DNA of 60,099 nt, filler included, from Catajapyx aquilonaris (Eukaryota), in assembly GCA_000934665.2 (NCBI GenBank). It is 4 parts of 4 records of this genome, joined end to end, with 100 filler letters (N's around TTAATTAATTAA, not from the genome) between each part and the next. Parts side by side here need not be neighbours in the genome. Positions count along the whole stretch, not along the records: positions 1 to 14,948 come from JYFJ02007645.1; 3 more parts are not named here. One strand, given 5' to 3'. Positions 1 through 14,179 of this stretch are shown in pieces. The notes beneath the pieces are model-generated. The model was not told the DNA's origin and searched no databases. It worked only from the letters and a program-made list of their open reading frames with translations. Every line of letters starts with the position of its first letter. Positions within the stretch are counted from its first letter, which is position 1. The translations under genes were made by a program, and so were the position numbers.

Positions 1-1440
1 CGGCCACACCGGCGGTGCGAACACAACGCAGCACCCGTCCCTCGGCCAAACTTGCCCTCCGCGAGTGGGAAAAATCGTCGTGACCGTGCGCCCTTAAGCT
101 TACAGAGACAGCAGAAACTTTGGATATTTTGCCAACACTGCACTTGGATCGGTTTCATGTCCAAGAGTTGGACCCCTTCAAAATTAATGCCTATCTGCAG
201 ACATATCTATTATTTTCTCGCGAATCATGCATGACCCAGGATTGAAACTCAGTTCTCACTATACCTATCACTGTTGTTGTTGTTGTTGTAATACATGTGT
301 AATTCATATCACAGTACTATGAGAATGGCATCATATGAAAAAGCGTGAAATGTCCTATTCAAATATGTGCATTTGACTTCCTACATAATCCCCATTAACT
401 GGAATATCCTTCATATTATTTCCTACTCAATTTGCAACAATCGATTCTGAACTTTTATCCTGAACCTCCATCACTTTACCATTAAAGGTACTAACTGTCT
501 TAAATTTTCCAATTCGCGACACTCCTAATTATGCTGAATTTACTCTTCGGTTTGGACATTGGTGACATTATTTGTCTTTTTGATATATGTACTCTTGAGG
601 TAGGCTACCGATATGCAACATACAGTATATGCATTGTAAATACTGTATATTGCCATAATTTATTATCCACAATATTGTACAAGTATTTTGCATCAATATT
701 TGTTTGATGTAGGTCACGTTTTGGATACAGATATCGAGTGACATTCTATACTTCACTGCCAGTTGCAGGCCCAAACGATTGTCTCTATGACTGCCTGAAT
801 AACATGACCACTTCACCTGAATATTTAACTCCCTCCTCCTTTCTGTGTGTTTCTGCTTCAACCTCTGGCCTGTACGTGGTAGTATCAATAAATAATCAAT
901 GAAAGACTTGGAAGTTACATTTCTTCTTAAATACAGGCCTACAATTTAGTGAACAAAGTAAAGCAGGCTGTGGGGTCTTGATGGGTCTCCTCACCCCCAT
1001 CTCTGAGCTCGCCATCTCTGTATGTACGAGCAAAAGACATCACAGTATAATTATGATGGGCCTCATCACATCCGATCCAACTTCAGTTTTCTGAGGGAAC
1101 GACGCGTCTGTAGCACCAAGTGGACGACAAGACCCGCTAGGTAAGGCGCCACCATCTCGGTGAATGCTTTCGCCGCCATATTGAAATGTGGCGGCCAATA
1201 GGCGTCTCAGATATAAGAAAAAAAAATTTCACGCCTCATTGAACGCCCGGATGATTTTTTGTGTTCAGGTCACTTTTATCCGCGATACATCGGTCTTATT
1301 TTAAACCAATCAATGGTCACATGGGGGTCAAACGTCAAAAGTCATCCTCTGAAACCGGTTTTATGAAATTATAAATGGACATGACTGCCAACGTCGATGG
1401 TGACCGAACAGACACAGTAAATGCTGTGACATAAGGTCAG

Positions 1441-2110
1441 ATTGTCCCTACATGGTCTGCATTCAACTCCTTGTGTTCTTCAACAGATACAGCATCAACA
1501 TCAGTACATGCTTTACCACTGTTGGCAGCACCGGCACATGAATATCAAACACTGCTAACGGGGATAAAACAGGCAGAAGAAATCAACAGGATTGTAGCTG
1601 GACCTAACAGAAAAGCTGTAATCACCCTGGATATGACCCTGTACGAAAGAGCCAAGAAGTTAAGAGATGCTGCTGCCATATTGCAAAGACAAATGGGTTC
1701 TCCGCATCGGTGGATTCCATATTGTTTTGTGCGCACTTCGTGCTATCGGTGCTACAGTTGAAGGGAGTGGTATCGACGATGCATGGGTCACTGATGCAGA
1801 TGTCTACGGCCCCGTTACAACACGATAGATCTTGGGAGGGCAAGCATATGAGAAGATCAGTTGATGCCCACATCATGACCTTACAGGTATTCTTCGATCT
1901 GTACATCGAAGCACTTCTAACCGAGCAAGCGGACCTACAAGACACCCTCAAGCAACCCCTTAAAGAATTAGCTGATGCCTGCAAAGAAGGGAATGCATCT
2001 GAGGTATCGCAGAAAAACCGGCATGGCTTGCACCAAAAACCTACCGAGTTTGAAGAGAAGCACTGAGATAACCCCATGTTTGTTGTGACTTTGAGGTACA
2101 TGGATATGGT
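1441..2110 (+). pseudogene. Decayed fragment of an invertebrate DNA-transposon-associated, transposase-like protein family
   Basis: Reading across frameshifts gives VPTWSAFNS..LPLLAAPAHEYQTLLT..VITLDMTLYERAKKL / EMLLPYCKDKWVLRIGGFHIVLCALRAIGATVEGSGIDDAW..ADVYGPVTTR*IL / EGKHMRRSVDAH. This motif order (W.AFN, PAHE, T.D..LY, R.GGFH, GSG, GKH..R...AH) is typical of a widespread uncharacterised TE protein family. Has frameshifts and a stop. Confidence 0.7.
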
Positions 2111-2366
2111 ACATGGATCGCTTACGAGAAGAAATTATCGGAAAAGTTGCAAATTGCTCACAAATGGCGTTGACAAATATCTTTAGGGTGTCGGGGGGAA
2201 AATGGCACCATCGTTTTTTTCGATCAGAATAACCTTCTCTTACAAAATATCCATGGTGACAAGAATTAACATTCGATGCCCACCGTGTAACAAATGCCCC
2301 TACACTGTTTCCCGCACTCTATTTTGCGAATCATAATTGCGGGTGTGGTTTTACGTTCCACGGCGA

Positions 2367-2615
2367 CGTGGAAATCAAAACCGCGCTATGTTTTTTTGGG
2401 CCTCTGCGGGGGGGTCCAACTGTCCCTTGCCATTCAGACGTCGTTCAACTCGCGGGGGTCGGACCACGTGTTATGTCGACAGTTTCGGCAAATCTTTCAG
2501 TGGATACCAATACCACGCATGTGCGATACGTATTTTCGTTATTATGGGCTTCGTTCAATAAGGTAGAGAGTCGCAAATCTTGAAAATGCAACATAGCGCG
2601 GTTTTGATTTCCACG
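2367..2615. mobile_element. MITE with 26-bp terminal inverted repeats
   Basis: CGTGGAAATCAAAACCGCGCTATGTT (2367-2392) and its exact reverse complement (2590-2615). No clear TSD. Confidence 0.65.
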
Positions 2616-3494
2616 GTTCAATTATACATATAGATTATATTATATTGTTATGTAATTATTATTATATCTTATTAAATCATTATTATTATTATTATTACGT
2701 CCTTGTGTGAGGGTTATAAGGGTGTCCCTCTAAAGGAGCACTGCCATAGAATGGGGTAACTAAAATATATAAAAAAATATTTTTAAAACCCACTTTCCAA
2801 GGGAAGTGTAGCGGCAACATGTTATTCTCGCCGCTTTAAGAAAATGCCCTCAAGCACTTGCTTATTATTGTGTCTCGCAGGCAATCAATACACCTCCTCA
2901 AGCGGCCCCCACATGTCATTCCCACACACCACACCTGACGGGCTTCACTGCCGGTAGCGACTTTTATGTCGGTACAGCTCACACTAAAGTTGGGCTGGCG
3001 ACAGGAGTTAATTAAGACATCAATAAGGGCGCCCTGTCATGATAAGAATGCAAATCTCAATACTGGCCAAAGATTAGGGAGGAACCATCAGTCTTTTGCC
3101 TTTTTATAATACATCAAAATAAAACTATGTTGTACGTACGTACTCCCATTAGTTGAACCATGGAGGAGTATGGCTATATAGGTTTTGGCAAGTACATAAT
3201 TATGGAACACTTCTACATTCTGCGAACCTTGGTTGCTCCATCAACTAAGTTATTCCTAAACCTACTGCGCCGCTTCACCCTAACTAGTAATTAGGGATTG
3301 ATTCTAGTGCCAATCCACGGAAACAACATTTCGAGGCCTAGCTGACATTAACTGCCAGCTACGGCCAGACATTTCAGTGAAATGGCACGGCAAGCGACTG
3401 CTGGAGGGGCAATTAGGGACTTGAATATTCAAGTGTGTGAGGGGACACCAGGTGTGCTTGGGCCACGTCGTCAGCGTCAGTTGGTGGATCTAAC

Positions 3495-5673
3495 ATGTTC
3501 GGGTTGCAAGTGCTGGTCGTTTGCTCCGTGGCCATGGCCATGTTTGGTGGCCACACATCATCATCATCTGGTGTTGGGAAGAACGTGTCTGGTCTGATGG
3601 GAGAGCAGGAGAAGAGGAAGGGTGGGGAGGAAGGAAGGAGAGTGGTGGGCAGTGTCCAGACTGGTCAGGGGCGTCCTGGACACGAGGGAGGACATGCGGG
3701 GATGCGGCCTGGTCCTGTCCACTGACCTCGTCGGGTCATCGGGCGTCTGGGAGGGACTGTGGAGGCCTCTTCTCAAAGGTCACTCGGACAAGTACCTCCC
3801 GTCCTTCTCCCTCCGGACGACCTCCTTCCCACACTCCTTCACAGACTACCCCTGGCTCAAGGGTCAAGCTGACCTCTTGGACTTCACCACCGTCCCTCCT
3901 GACCTCCTCGTCACCTCCGCCTGGTCATCCTCCGTCTGCACCCTCCACCTCCTCCTTCCCTCCTCCCCGGCCTCCCTCCCACAACTGGTCATGTCCACCG
4001 CCTTCAAGGTCAAGGTCAGTCCACTCGACGACCCTTTCCTCATCCACTTCGGTCGGAGGTCACCAGGGTCACTTGTGGAGGAGGGAGAGGTCCATCGAGT
4101 GATGACCTCGCCCCCTGTCAGTGCCCTCAGGCTGAAGGTGGCCAGTCGGATGGAGGAAGGTGGACAGTTGAAGGTGGAGACTGTCTGCTTCTTCTGCGCG
4201 GAAGGGGGTCAACCGAAGGTCATCGATCTTGGGAGTGTCAACTCGAGCGATTACCCAAGAGTTGACAGCTTCTTCAGAAACTATGACAAAAACAAGATGA
4301 ACAAAAAGCCAGTTGTGGTTGGGATGTACATGTTTCCAGCCGACATGGCGGACGTTCGACGAAGAAAAAAAGAACTGGGAGAGGTTTATCTCACTTTTTA
4401 CGAAAGAGCTTACGTCTTCCCCGAGGAAGCGAGTAACTACTTCATTTCTGAGATTTACGTGAAGGAGCCGACCAGTGCTGATTTGGACCACAGGCTGGAC
4501 AATGGTACATGGGTGGGACTGACACCTGATCTGTTGTCAGGCCGAGTGGATGTGATAGGTGCCTTGCCTTTCACTGAAGACTCCTATCGACACACCCTAC
4601 TTATGGAACCGTACTTGTACGGACATGCTACGGGAATGACCAGAAGACCCGGAGGAGTGGTCAGCTGGAGGGTGATCTACAGGCCCTACGTCCTCCCCTT
4701 CTGGGTGTCCTTGGGGGTCACCCTGGCCTTCCTCCCCATCGCGATGGGCAGCCTCTCCCGCTGCGACCCATCTCGAGGGAGGTCAGAGGTCGAAGGGCAG
4801 CGACTGACCCTGCTGGGATCCCTCCACGTCCTGGCCAGACACCTGGTAGAACAGCCCGTTCCCTTCCCCACATCCCGCCGCTTTCTCTTCCTGGCCTCCT
4901 CCTTCCTCTTCTTCTCCACCGTGGTCATCACTGGCTACAAGGCCAAGATGGTCTCCTTCCTTACCTTTCCCCCGAGGGAGTTTGTCCCGAGGAACTGCCA
5001 TGAAATGGCGGAATCGGATTGGACGGCAGAAGCTGACATGATCAGTTTTCTTCTCTGGAAGAAATTCCTCTCCTTCGTCGACGATCCTTTCTACCACTCC
5101 CTGGATGCGAAGTTGTCCATGGGTGACAGTGTCCAGAGCTGCCTGGAGAAGATGCAAAGAGAGCAACTAGTCTGCGCTGGTGTGAACCTGCTGCTGGATC
5201 AGGAGATTTACCTCTTTCGCGACACTTCTGGGCAGCCAACATTCCGATGGTTTGATGACCACATATTTCCCAGTTACAGTGGCTCGAGTTACCCCCGCGG
5301 ACAAACAATGGCGTATCACATCAGTAAGAGAGTAGCGAGAGTTGTAAATGAAAACAACGCGATATCAGTGGCCTTGTGTGACTACATGTACCTGATGTTC
5401 CTCCGTTCCTTGGATGGAATCCGGGCCAGGGAGAGGGACAACCCCCAAAAGGCAGAGGAAGTGTTGACCAGGACAAAGCTCTCTGCCATCTTCAACATGT
5501 GGTTGGTGGGACTGGCCATTTCACTGGGTGCATTTGCATTCGAAATCTTCATTCGCAAGTGTGTTGCGAAAGGGAAATGCCTGAGAGCGAGAAGACCAGT
5601 CATCCTCTGCCCTTCACGTTCACGAGAAGTCAGCGAAAGACGCTTAACCGTACAATATCCCTTTTTGCGTTGA
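3495..5673 (+). CDS. Divergent ionotropic receptor (IR, variant iGluR chemoreceptor), intronless; 1-nt frame discontinuity near 3598-3640
   Basis: ORF 3622-5673 contains the S1 motif DNGTWVGL..LLSGRVDVIG, M1 IYRPYVLPFWVSLGVTL, pore segment LVEQPVP, M3 GYKAKMVSFLTFP (equivalent to SYTANLAAFLT) and the final TM LTRTKLSAIFNMWLVGLAISLGAFAFEIF. A signal-peptide-like MFGLQVLVVCSVAMAMFGG starts at ATG 3495 in a different frame. Confidence 0.9.
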
Positions 5674-8600
5674 TTGCCCATGAATTTCTCATTTCCATGC
5701 CCAGTGATGAAGCCAGATGGGATTGTGTGGCGACATTAAGTCCAACCAGTAGAAGATGTATTGATATGACAGGTAAACAGCCTCCCATCACCTCATCCGA
5801 CTGACTGCGGAGGTAAATAAACAAGTCAGTGTAAGTAGAGTGCTCTAGCAGTCGATATATCTACATTAATATTACACCACTAATTTTTCACGGGACGGAA
5901 AGTGAAGGAAAGTCATATAATTCTTAACCACCAGTGAGTGGAAGAAGCGCCATCGACCCTTGGATTGTTCAGCTCCCAGATACAACCGAGATAGAACTCA
6001 TTATTACTGATAAAGTTACAATGACATGGCAAGATAAGTGACGCCATTTGGACCAAAAGGGACACTGCCAGGAGCATACCTCAAATTGAGTTTTCATTGG
6101 AAGTTGACTGTCAGTCGCTGTCTGCTAATATTTTCTGTTCTTGCATTTTCACTTCCGTCCTTATGACTCTGGCTCTCCTGCATCGCATACCCACTCACAC
6201 TTGAAGGACATTATATTTCTGGCCTGGTTCATAGCTGTATAAAAAATAGCCCGTCTTTGTTGCACCTCCCCGACATGCAAAACACAATAGCATTAGAGCA
6301 TTCGTGTCACGCAAATAATTGTGATAAGATGTCACAAGCATGTATAGGTTTTGACGTACTTCTTTCTGACTGCAAAAGTGCAAGCAATTTTGGTGCTGAG
6401 GATGATCAAGTCGACAATTTCACAGATAATAATTCCCCATCATGCCTTGCATCAAATAATACTGCCTAGGGAAAGACTTTTGCACATTTAATTCGGGTTG
6501 CATGGCAACTGGTCATCCCCTGTTTTGGTTACCCACCAAACCTACCCAACCTAGCTCTCCTAATTGTACTCGCCAACTTGCTCATTAAACTGTACTTGAA
6601 CATACCCACTTAGTCTCTTTTCTTCTGTGTGTCCCAACCGCACAGTGGATATGAAGTCGCCTTTCTTACATTTCGTGAACGTAATTAAATAATTGCACTG
6701 GCCCTGGGAAAAGGTATTCATTGTTGCTCGATGAAAGAAGAGAGGTGCCTGTATGCAATTTCCCTTTACATGCTGAATAAACATATCACTCTCTTAGCAA
6801 TTGCCACAAACTGAGCAGATGTAAAGACGAAAATAATGGACATCAGAGTCTTAAAAAGCTCTCGATCGAGTCACGTACGTCGTAGAGCATGCTTCTCATA
6901 GTATACATTGTGATTATCTGAAATATTCAAGTGGGAGTCACTGAAAGCCCAAGTGCTGGGCCACGGTCAGCTTCAATGAGCTAATAAAAATCTGAAGAAT
7001 GAATAAAGTACAGTGTATTAAGTGCGATTTTTTAATTATTCTGATCACATTTATCTGAACATTTAGGAGTGGGTCGCAATTCTCTTCAGAAGGATACACA
7101 GAATGGACGAGTTGACCAGTCACTATATCCTCAGGCCACACGCGACTTACACCTCTTTCTAGAAGATCATATATCAGACCACTTGACACAAAGACAGAGA
7201 CCAACGAATTGAACCTGTGCTGTAAGGTTTGACGGCCCCGGGTCCGCCACTAGCTAGCTCATACCAAGCAAACTCGGGTGGGTTCCTTGAGCACTGGTTT
7301 TTATTGACCTTCTCGGTCCCAAGCTGAGTACAGACTGGCCCTTGTCCCTTTTACAACCCAAACCCACTGGGAGGGAAAGGCAGGGTCCCACCCATCACAG
7401 GATGGTCAGGGTCAAGCGGTTTCAAAGGAATAAAACTCCTTACACGTAACGGCCATCGATTGATTTTCATTGCCATCGGACCAAGTGAGGCCAATATTTC
7501 TCGACTAATTTTGCAAGGGCTGGAAGCGAAGGAAAGTGTTTTATGTATCCACGGTCAGTATTTAATATGGGTGGAATAATTACGACCCCTCGACAATGCT
7601 ATGATTTTTCATGTCCAGATAAGGCCCAATTTCCTGACCTCGTACCCTTTACCATTTTTAATTTGGTTCGTGTTTTGGGTTGGCTTGTGGCTCCCGTCAT
7701 CGCTGACTACCCCTTATAGGGAAATGTCGTGATGGTGTTGTTGTTGTACCCTTTGATATTATTTGCAAAGTGCTTCACCATCTCAACACTGGACCACTCA
7801 CTATACATTCAGAACATGGGGCATCAGTCTACTTCGTTTCATTTTACGCTCTATTACAATACATTGCCGCTAATATACCTCCAATTTACTTGTACAAGAA
7901 ACACAGTGAGACACAGAGCAAGTAAAGGAAGAGAGAGCAACCAAGCCGATGAGAAATTTCGACGTCACATTAAGACTGCCATTTGCAATTAAAACGTACA
8001 TTAAAACGTTTGAATAATGCGCACATAATATATTGAGAGTCTCCAGACCATTACTCAATTGAAGTGCGACACTGGAACCCGCAGAAAGAGGACTTGGAAT
8101 ATCGCAAAGGACCTTGTCCTTTTTCCAAACAGTTAACCCAAGGTTTCAGGCAAATCCTCAGCAATGACAAGGTGCTGCAAGGGGGTCAGCGAGGAAATCC
8201 TTCCAGACAGAGATACGTCTTCCATTCCGACCAGGACAGGGGGAAAAACCCTGGTATATAAGTGTAAAAAAAGGCCGGTTTTCATTCGCACTCTCGATTA
8301 TTTCATCAGCCCAATTATTGGGATGCAGACGTCCAACAACTGTCAACTCTCGCTGGAATATTAAAGAGTTTCATTAATGTCACTTGCACCATACAAGGAA
8401 GAAGTGGAGGAAGGAGGAGACTAAAAAATCCCCCATAGCACATGTGAAGAAGTAAAAGGCGTCACTTAGTGAGATCATGAGACATATGTCAGAATCTGCG
8501 GAAAAGGGGTGTTTTGTTACAGAAAAATTAAATATACTCCTATATTCCATTATATCGTAGTTATATTACTGCCATTTTGATAAAAATTCCCACTTGATCG

Positions 8601-11600
8601 CCAGCCAAGTGTTGCCCACAACCGTCCAAAAAAATGCCCCGAATTAATGCACTATCCAATGGCAACTTGGGTCTCGGGAGGCATAGGTCACGAGGAGCTC
8701 CCTTCACGTAGAGCAAGACGGACTATTGCACGCCCAAAATCCATCTCCGGTTCAGTTGGGCGAGACTCACACTAACTCCCATAATAATAACTCCCATAAA
8801 TAAGCAGCCATAACAAGAAGAGTCATTCCACCCAGCAATATGACGAGTGAGGCCAGGAGAGTAATGCGGATAAGGTTATTATCTCAACATTCCGCATAAT
8901 ACTCTGCGAGGTCTCCGCACCTTCATGAAGAAATGGTCTCTGCCCATTTCGTAATTACTGAATGATATACGCGTGTCAACACCTCAATTTGTTCAGTAGT
9001 CAACTCTACTAGAATCGAGAGGACACGAACGAATCATTACGCAGACCAAAAATCAGGTATCGGTAATGCAAGCAGCATTTACTGGAACGAAGTTTAGAAT
9101 ACAAAGATCAGGCAATGGCCGACTGAGTCGTATTGCGTACATTTCATTCGACTCGAACAGGCAGGAATTAAAAATTACATTGAAACATAATAGTGACCAC
9201 AAGCGGACAAATATGAACGCACATTTTGAATATTAATTAAATATAAATTGTGAAGACTACACGTTAAAGACAGACAGAGAAGACGCGAAACCGCTGGAAC
9301 TAGATCCATTACTCATAATTTCCTAACAAGAAAATTTTAAACGGACACGTAGTTTGTCCCACTCGATTTTAAGTGTATAAAGGCTGAAAAAATTATGTTA
9401 CATGAACTGCACTTTTTAAACTGCGTAAAAATAATATACAATCAAGAACTGCATCCGTGCAGAGCATTACACGCAGGGCACATTCAAGGCAAGCCTCGCC
9501 TAACAGAAGGACGACGCGACTGGCATTATATGAACTAGGGATTTGTTAGAACGACGAAGCCGGGTTATACCTCATACACCTGTGACTATGAACAGTACCG
9601 CATACGACGATGCGATATTAGGCGTCGCAATTTACAAGACCTATTTCTTGAAAGATCGCGAACACTAGGACCTTTGCAACCTGCGCCAACACACTGTCAG
9701 AGTAGGGATGAAGGTAGCTGAATAAATCATCCGACAAAGATCGTGACACATGTATTAATCTCAGCTGTCCAGGAAGACATGCAACAATAACATCGGGTAT
9801 GGGGGGAGACACCACATGAAACCACTCCACACTCTTGAGGAACTGTCCCCACAGAGTGGTACGCAAATAATATATGGAAATATCAACCTGGCAGTGAAAC
9901 CAAGTGACGAGAGAAACACACGGGTTCACAAGTGGCTCAAAACCATGTCTGAATTTGCTGGAATAATAATTGTCAATACATGGATTCAATAAAATATTAG
10001 CAAACGCTTAACGTAAATTAACACTTTCACATGAAAGACCTCCAACATTATTCTGTTAACATAACATGCTAACCAATATTGAAACTTCAAAAATGTCCTG
10101 TACTAATTTTTTAATTTCGCAGACACACTTGAACAATGAACAGCTGTGGCAGAGACAGACCAAAGTTTAGAAGCAAAGCACAAGCCATTACCTTCCGTCT
10201 ATTTTGAGCTGCGTTGCAAGACAAATATCCGTAGCCACATTATGATTATTACTTGCAATTGAATATGTTTATTTTATTTATTTTTTATTTATTTATTACA
10301 TACCCCATGATCTGGCCTTTAGGCCTAAATTGAATATGACCCTTCTTCTAGTGATGTTTCCCGCGGAAATACAGCATTTCCAAAACACAATGGGTGAGAT
10401 GTGATAAACTAAGCAACGACCAAGACGTGGTGAAGGTCAACTACTGGATGGAACAGCACAAAAGGTTATGTTTTACATTTGCCAGTAACTTGTACCTGGA
10501 AGTATTCGGTTTATTTATGCACCGGTATCCCTCTCCATAGGTCATGCCCACACGAGCAATCTCGGTTAATTGATAGCGTAATTATTCGCCATGTAGCATT
10601 TTAATGAGTGGCCATCAGAGCAAGAACAATACGCTGCACTTAATTCACCGAATTTTATTTTCCCATACGGTATATATTTATTACGTAAATATGTAGGACA
10701 CACGCATTTCCTATAGTATATATAGGCTTATATCATCATGATAAGATCCGTCTGTGGCTGATGAACGACAACTAATATCGGTCCTTCCTGCACACAATAA
10801 TTATTTTATCTCAGGGTTCACATCCCCTTGATCACGACCGACGATGCTCCCCATCCATGTGCATCACCTTATCAGGAAGAAGACGAGGGACTTTCGCTGC
10901 CTCAACTGAAGGAAACGTGAATGTCAAAAATCAAACGAATAATATTAGTAGTAAATATTTTGAAAAATAAATATCAATACTACATAACACCCTGGTCACA
11001 GTCTGAGGCGATTCGAGAGGTCAGGATGCGACGGGATGGACCTCCTCCCATTAGTTTTTACATGAGTGAGGTAGCTACGTCCTTATTTCAAGAAATCGAG
11101 GCACACAGTGTAAGATAGGCCTGTAAGATAGACTCAAGGAATTATTGAGAAGGAAAAGAATCTGCACAGAAAGGGAAAGGTGCATAAGGGCACATACTCT
11201 TTATCTTATCATCAGGACCAGAAAGAACATGTAACGAGGCCATGCTCAGCAGAAGGTACGACTCTTCGAGTTTTTCCCAATAAGGTCTCCTCCACACAAA
11301 CTATGCACACCACCAGCCGAGAAGAAATCGAATGTCACTAACACCACCTTAGATTGTAGAAGAGACTCATTTTACTATTAAATCTAGCCCAACATGTACC
11401 GTGCATGTTCGATGCTGCACCATTACATTCGCGAAGGCAATAATAAATGGCGCCTGATGCATTTCAAAATCCTGAATTTCACTACTATAGTAAAAGAGTA
11501 ATACAATTTCAAGTTGAATTGTGTGCTCAGTGGAATGGGCAACGAACGAGGCACATTAGGGAAAGTCAGACATGTTCAACTTCAACAGAAGTAATAACAA

Positions 11601-14179
11601 CACAGACAAGACCCGTGGATCATATTGAATCAGGAAGACGACGGAATACACCGCGTAACCAAACCACACCCGACGAGGCTGGAGCATTAATATAATTGCG
11701 AGAGGGAGTAGAGCCTATAGTAGACGATTCGGTTTATTTAGGTTTATTAGGAAGAAGCCAAACCAACTATGGCTATCTGGCTATAGAAGACACAAAGGTG
11801 GGATAGATGGGAAACGAAGAGGGAAAAGAAGCAAACGATTACAAAGGCGGACTGCGACTATTGACCCAGCATCACACACCAAAAACCTCCAAACAACATT
11901 CGTATAGCACATAAATTACGTTAGACTGTATAGTGTATATGATCAATATATTTCCTGTCATTTAGCTCCTGCCCAAGTCTCCAGTCAATCCGCATGTCCA
12001 TAATGACCATTACACCGTCGAAGTACGACACTGGAACATGCAGAAAGAGGAATTTGAATATCGCAAAGGAACTGGTCCATTTTGAAATAATAACTTAACT
12101 CAAGTTTTAATTTAACCCTCAGCAATTACAAGGTGCCACAAAAGCACCAAGAAAGGCTTCTCGGAAAAGTGTAACAATGGATGGAAACTGCACAGACGGA
12201 CTCGTAATACTTTATGGAAAGGCTGTGCTCAGTTTCTTTCGGTTACGTCCATTTCTTCACTGGAAAATGTTTTACTCTACCCATTGAAAATTAGTTGTCA
12301 TAGCAGAACCTCCAGTTCACAATGACCAGGGGGCAATACAGTGAGTGTACCACATATATGAGGCACATTTCCAAGGGGCATGAATGATTCTGGTCAACCT
12401 TGTCCCCTTAATAGTTGTCGCAGTTGGTTTCTTCGGCTTCAATAACACCACAATTGAACTAATTTTGTCGTCAACCATACGAAGTAGATCAATAATAACC
12501 CCCCATACCAAACCGTTCTTATTAGCAGACACCTAAATGAGAATCAGACAAAAACCACGTGAAAGTAGAGACGAGATCCGACTACTACGACCCTGGAAAC
12601 AAAGACCTACGGATAGAGACACTCCCTTGGTGTTGACGCCGACTTGATACAAAAAGCAGAATGTCCGAAGCTCATCATGTGTGACACTGACACTGAACCA
12701 AAGAAAACCAAATACAATACACGTGTCTCAAAAACGATATGCATGAAGCGGATGTCATCACAGTAGTTGACAACAGCTCAAGCCGTGTCAGAGAGGCACG
12801 AAGCACTTTTTCATAGGTTATCAATTGACACTTGATGACAGAGCTCCATGAGTGAGGTCAACTGTAACAAAATAGCTACCATTAAATTTTGAAAAATATT
12901 TTACCATGAAAAATTTCGACAAGAAAATATCAGGAGGCAGAGAAGTTCACCATAACACCCACCCATGATCGACACAAAGATGATGAAATAGGCGGATCTC
13001 TTGGAAGAGAAGTAAACCTCGTTCATGGTGCCCTATAATCAGAAAATATACTCGCAGAAATAGCCACACGATTATACTCCTATTGACATGTGGGGATGCC
13101 TGACCTTTCCCAATACGGTTAGTATGAATCTAAATAAGAAATATCAACCCATGTCAATCTGACATTGCGACAACGACAGATGATGATCACGCTCGGTGTA
13201 CTAACCAGACACAGTCGTCCGATTATTTGGATAATTAAATTAAATATAGGTCCATTACGGTGGAAAAGGCCATTGCGCCTTGGGGGATAAACACAGGAGA
13301 TAAGAACAGGACTAAATGGGAAATAAATACCCACCTGAACCGGTGTACGACAATAATTATCCTTACATAGTGCTGCATGGAGACTGGACAGTACCGAAAA
13401 ATAGAAGGCTGAAGGTGGGGTCTGCTAAGGAGAGGGGGAAATGAAGACTATAGTGACCTTCCCTCCCCCACACGGTCTACCAGTCAAATGGGCACACTTA
13501 CACCTGACCTGACCCACCCACAACCTTGCCTTCATTTGACCTCTCATTAATAATAACACCCAGACCTCCACACACAAAATGAGAACTGATTCCGACGCTT
13601 GATTGTCGTTAAAATAAAGAGAGAGTTCCGATAATCCTCCTGAGCCCACATTGCCAGCTTTAGTCACAAACACATGAATACACGCATTGTAAGACCTCTA
13701 GTGGAAAAGGCATCAGATCACAATTACTTCAATCATCCCAAGTGATAGGGCTGCCTTATACACTATTGTTTACATGTCACCATAATGTCTACTTCGCGTT
13801 TATGGTTAGGTTAGGTTCAAAAGTGTCACAGCGTCGTTGTTCCCGTCCTTTCCGTGTGTTCCATTGAGGCCATAATATGTATTTCGCTTGTGCTTTGCGT
13901 TGCTATATAATATTCATGTTTAAAGAAAGTGTCATTATTACTTATTTTCCCCTACCTACTTATTGCTGGCACTCTTAGTCTCTTACAATCAATCGGCAAA
14001 GCCAAGGTATCTCCGAATCCATTTATATTTACCTCGTTATGCACTCATGATCCTCGAGCCCCGATTTTCATTCACAGAATATGTGATGGTAACACAATGT
14101 GTGCGGATTTAGTGGAACTGCATTACCCAAAATAAAGGATAGAATTTGGCTGCTTCGACGTATGTGATTTTCTTCACAG

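Noticed and set aside
3382..3597. Upstream in-frame ORF suggesting TGA read-through or selenocysteine into the IR
   Set aside because: The peptide lacks a signal sequence and no SECIS is evident. The out-of-frame leader at 3495 explains the N-terminus better.
4069..5681. Antisense ORFs over the IR gene
   Set aside because: Shadow ORFs of a GC-rich coding strand with no recognisable motifs.
13804..13817. TTAGG telomere-like repeat
   Set aside because: Only 2-3 units; common in arthropod interspersed repeats.
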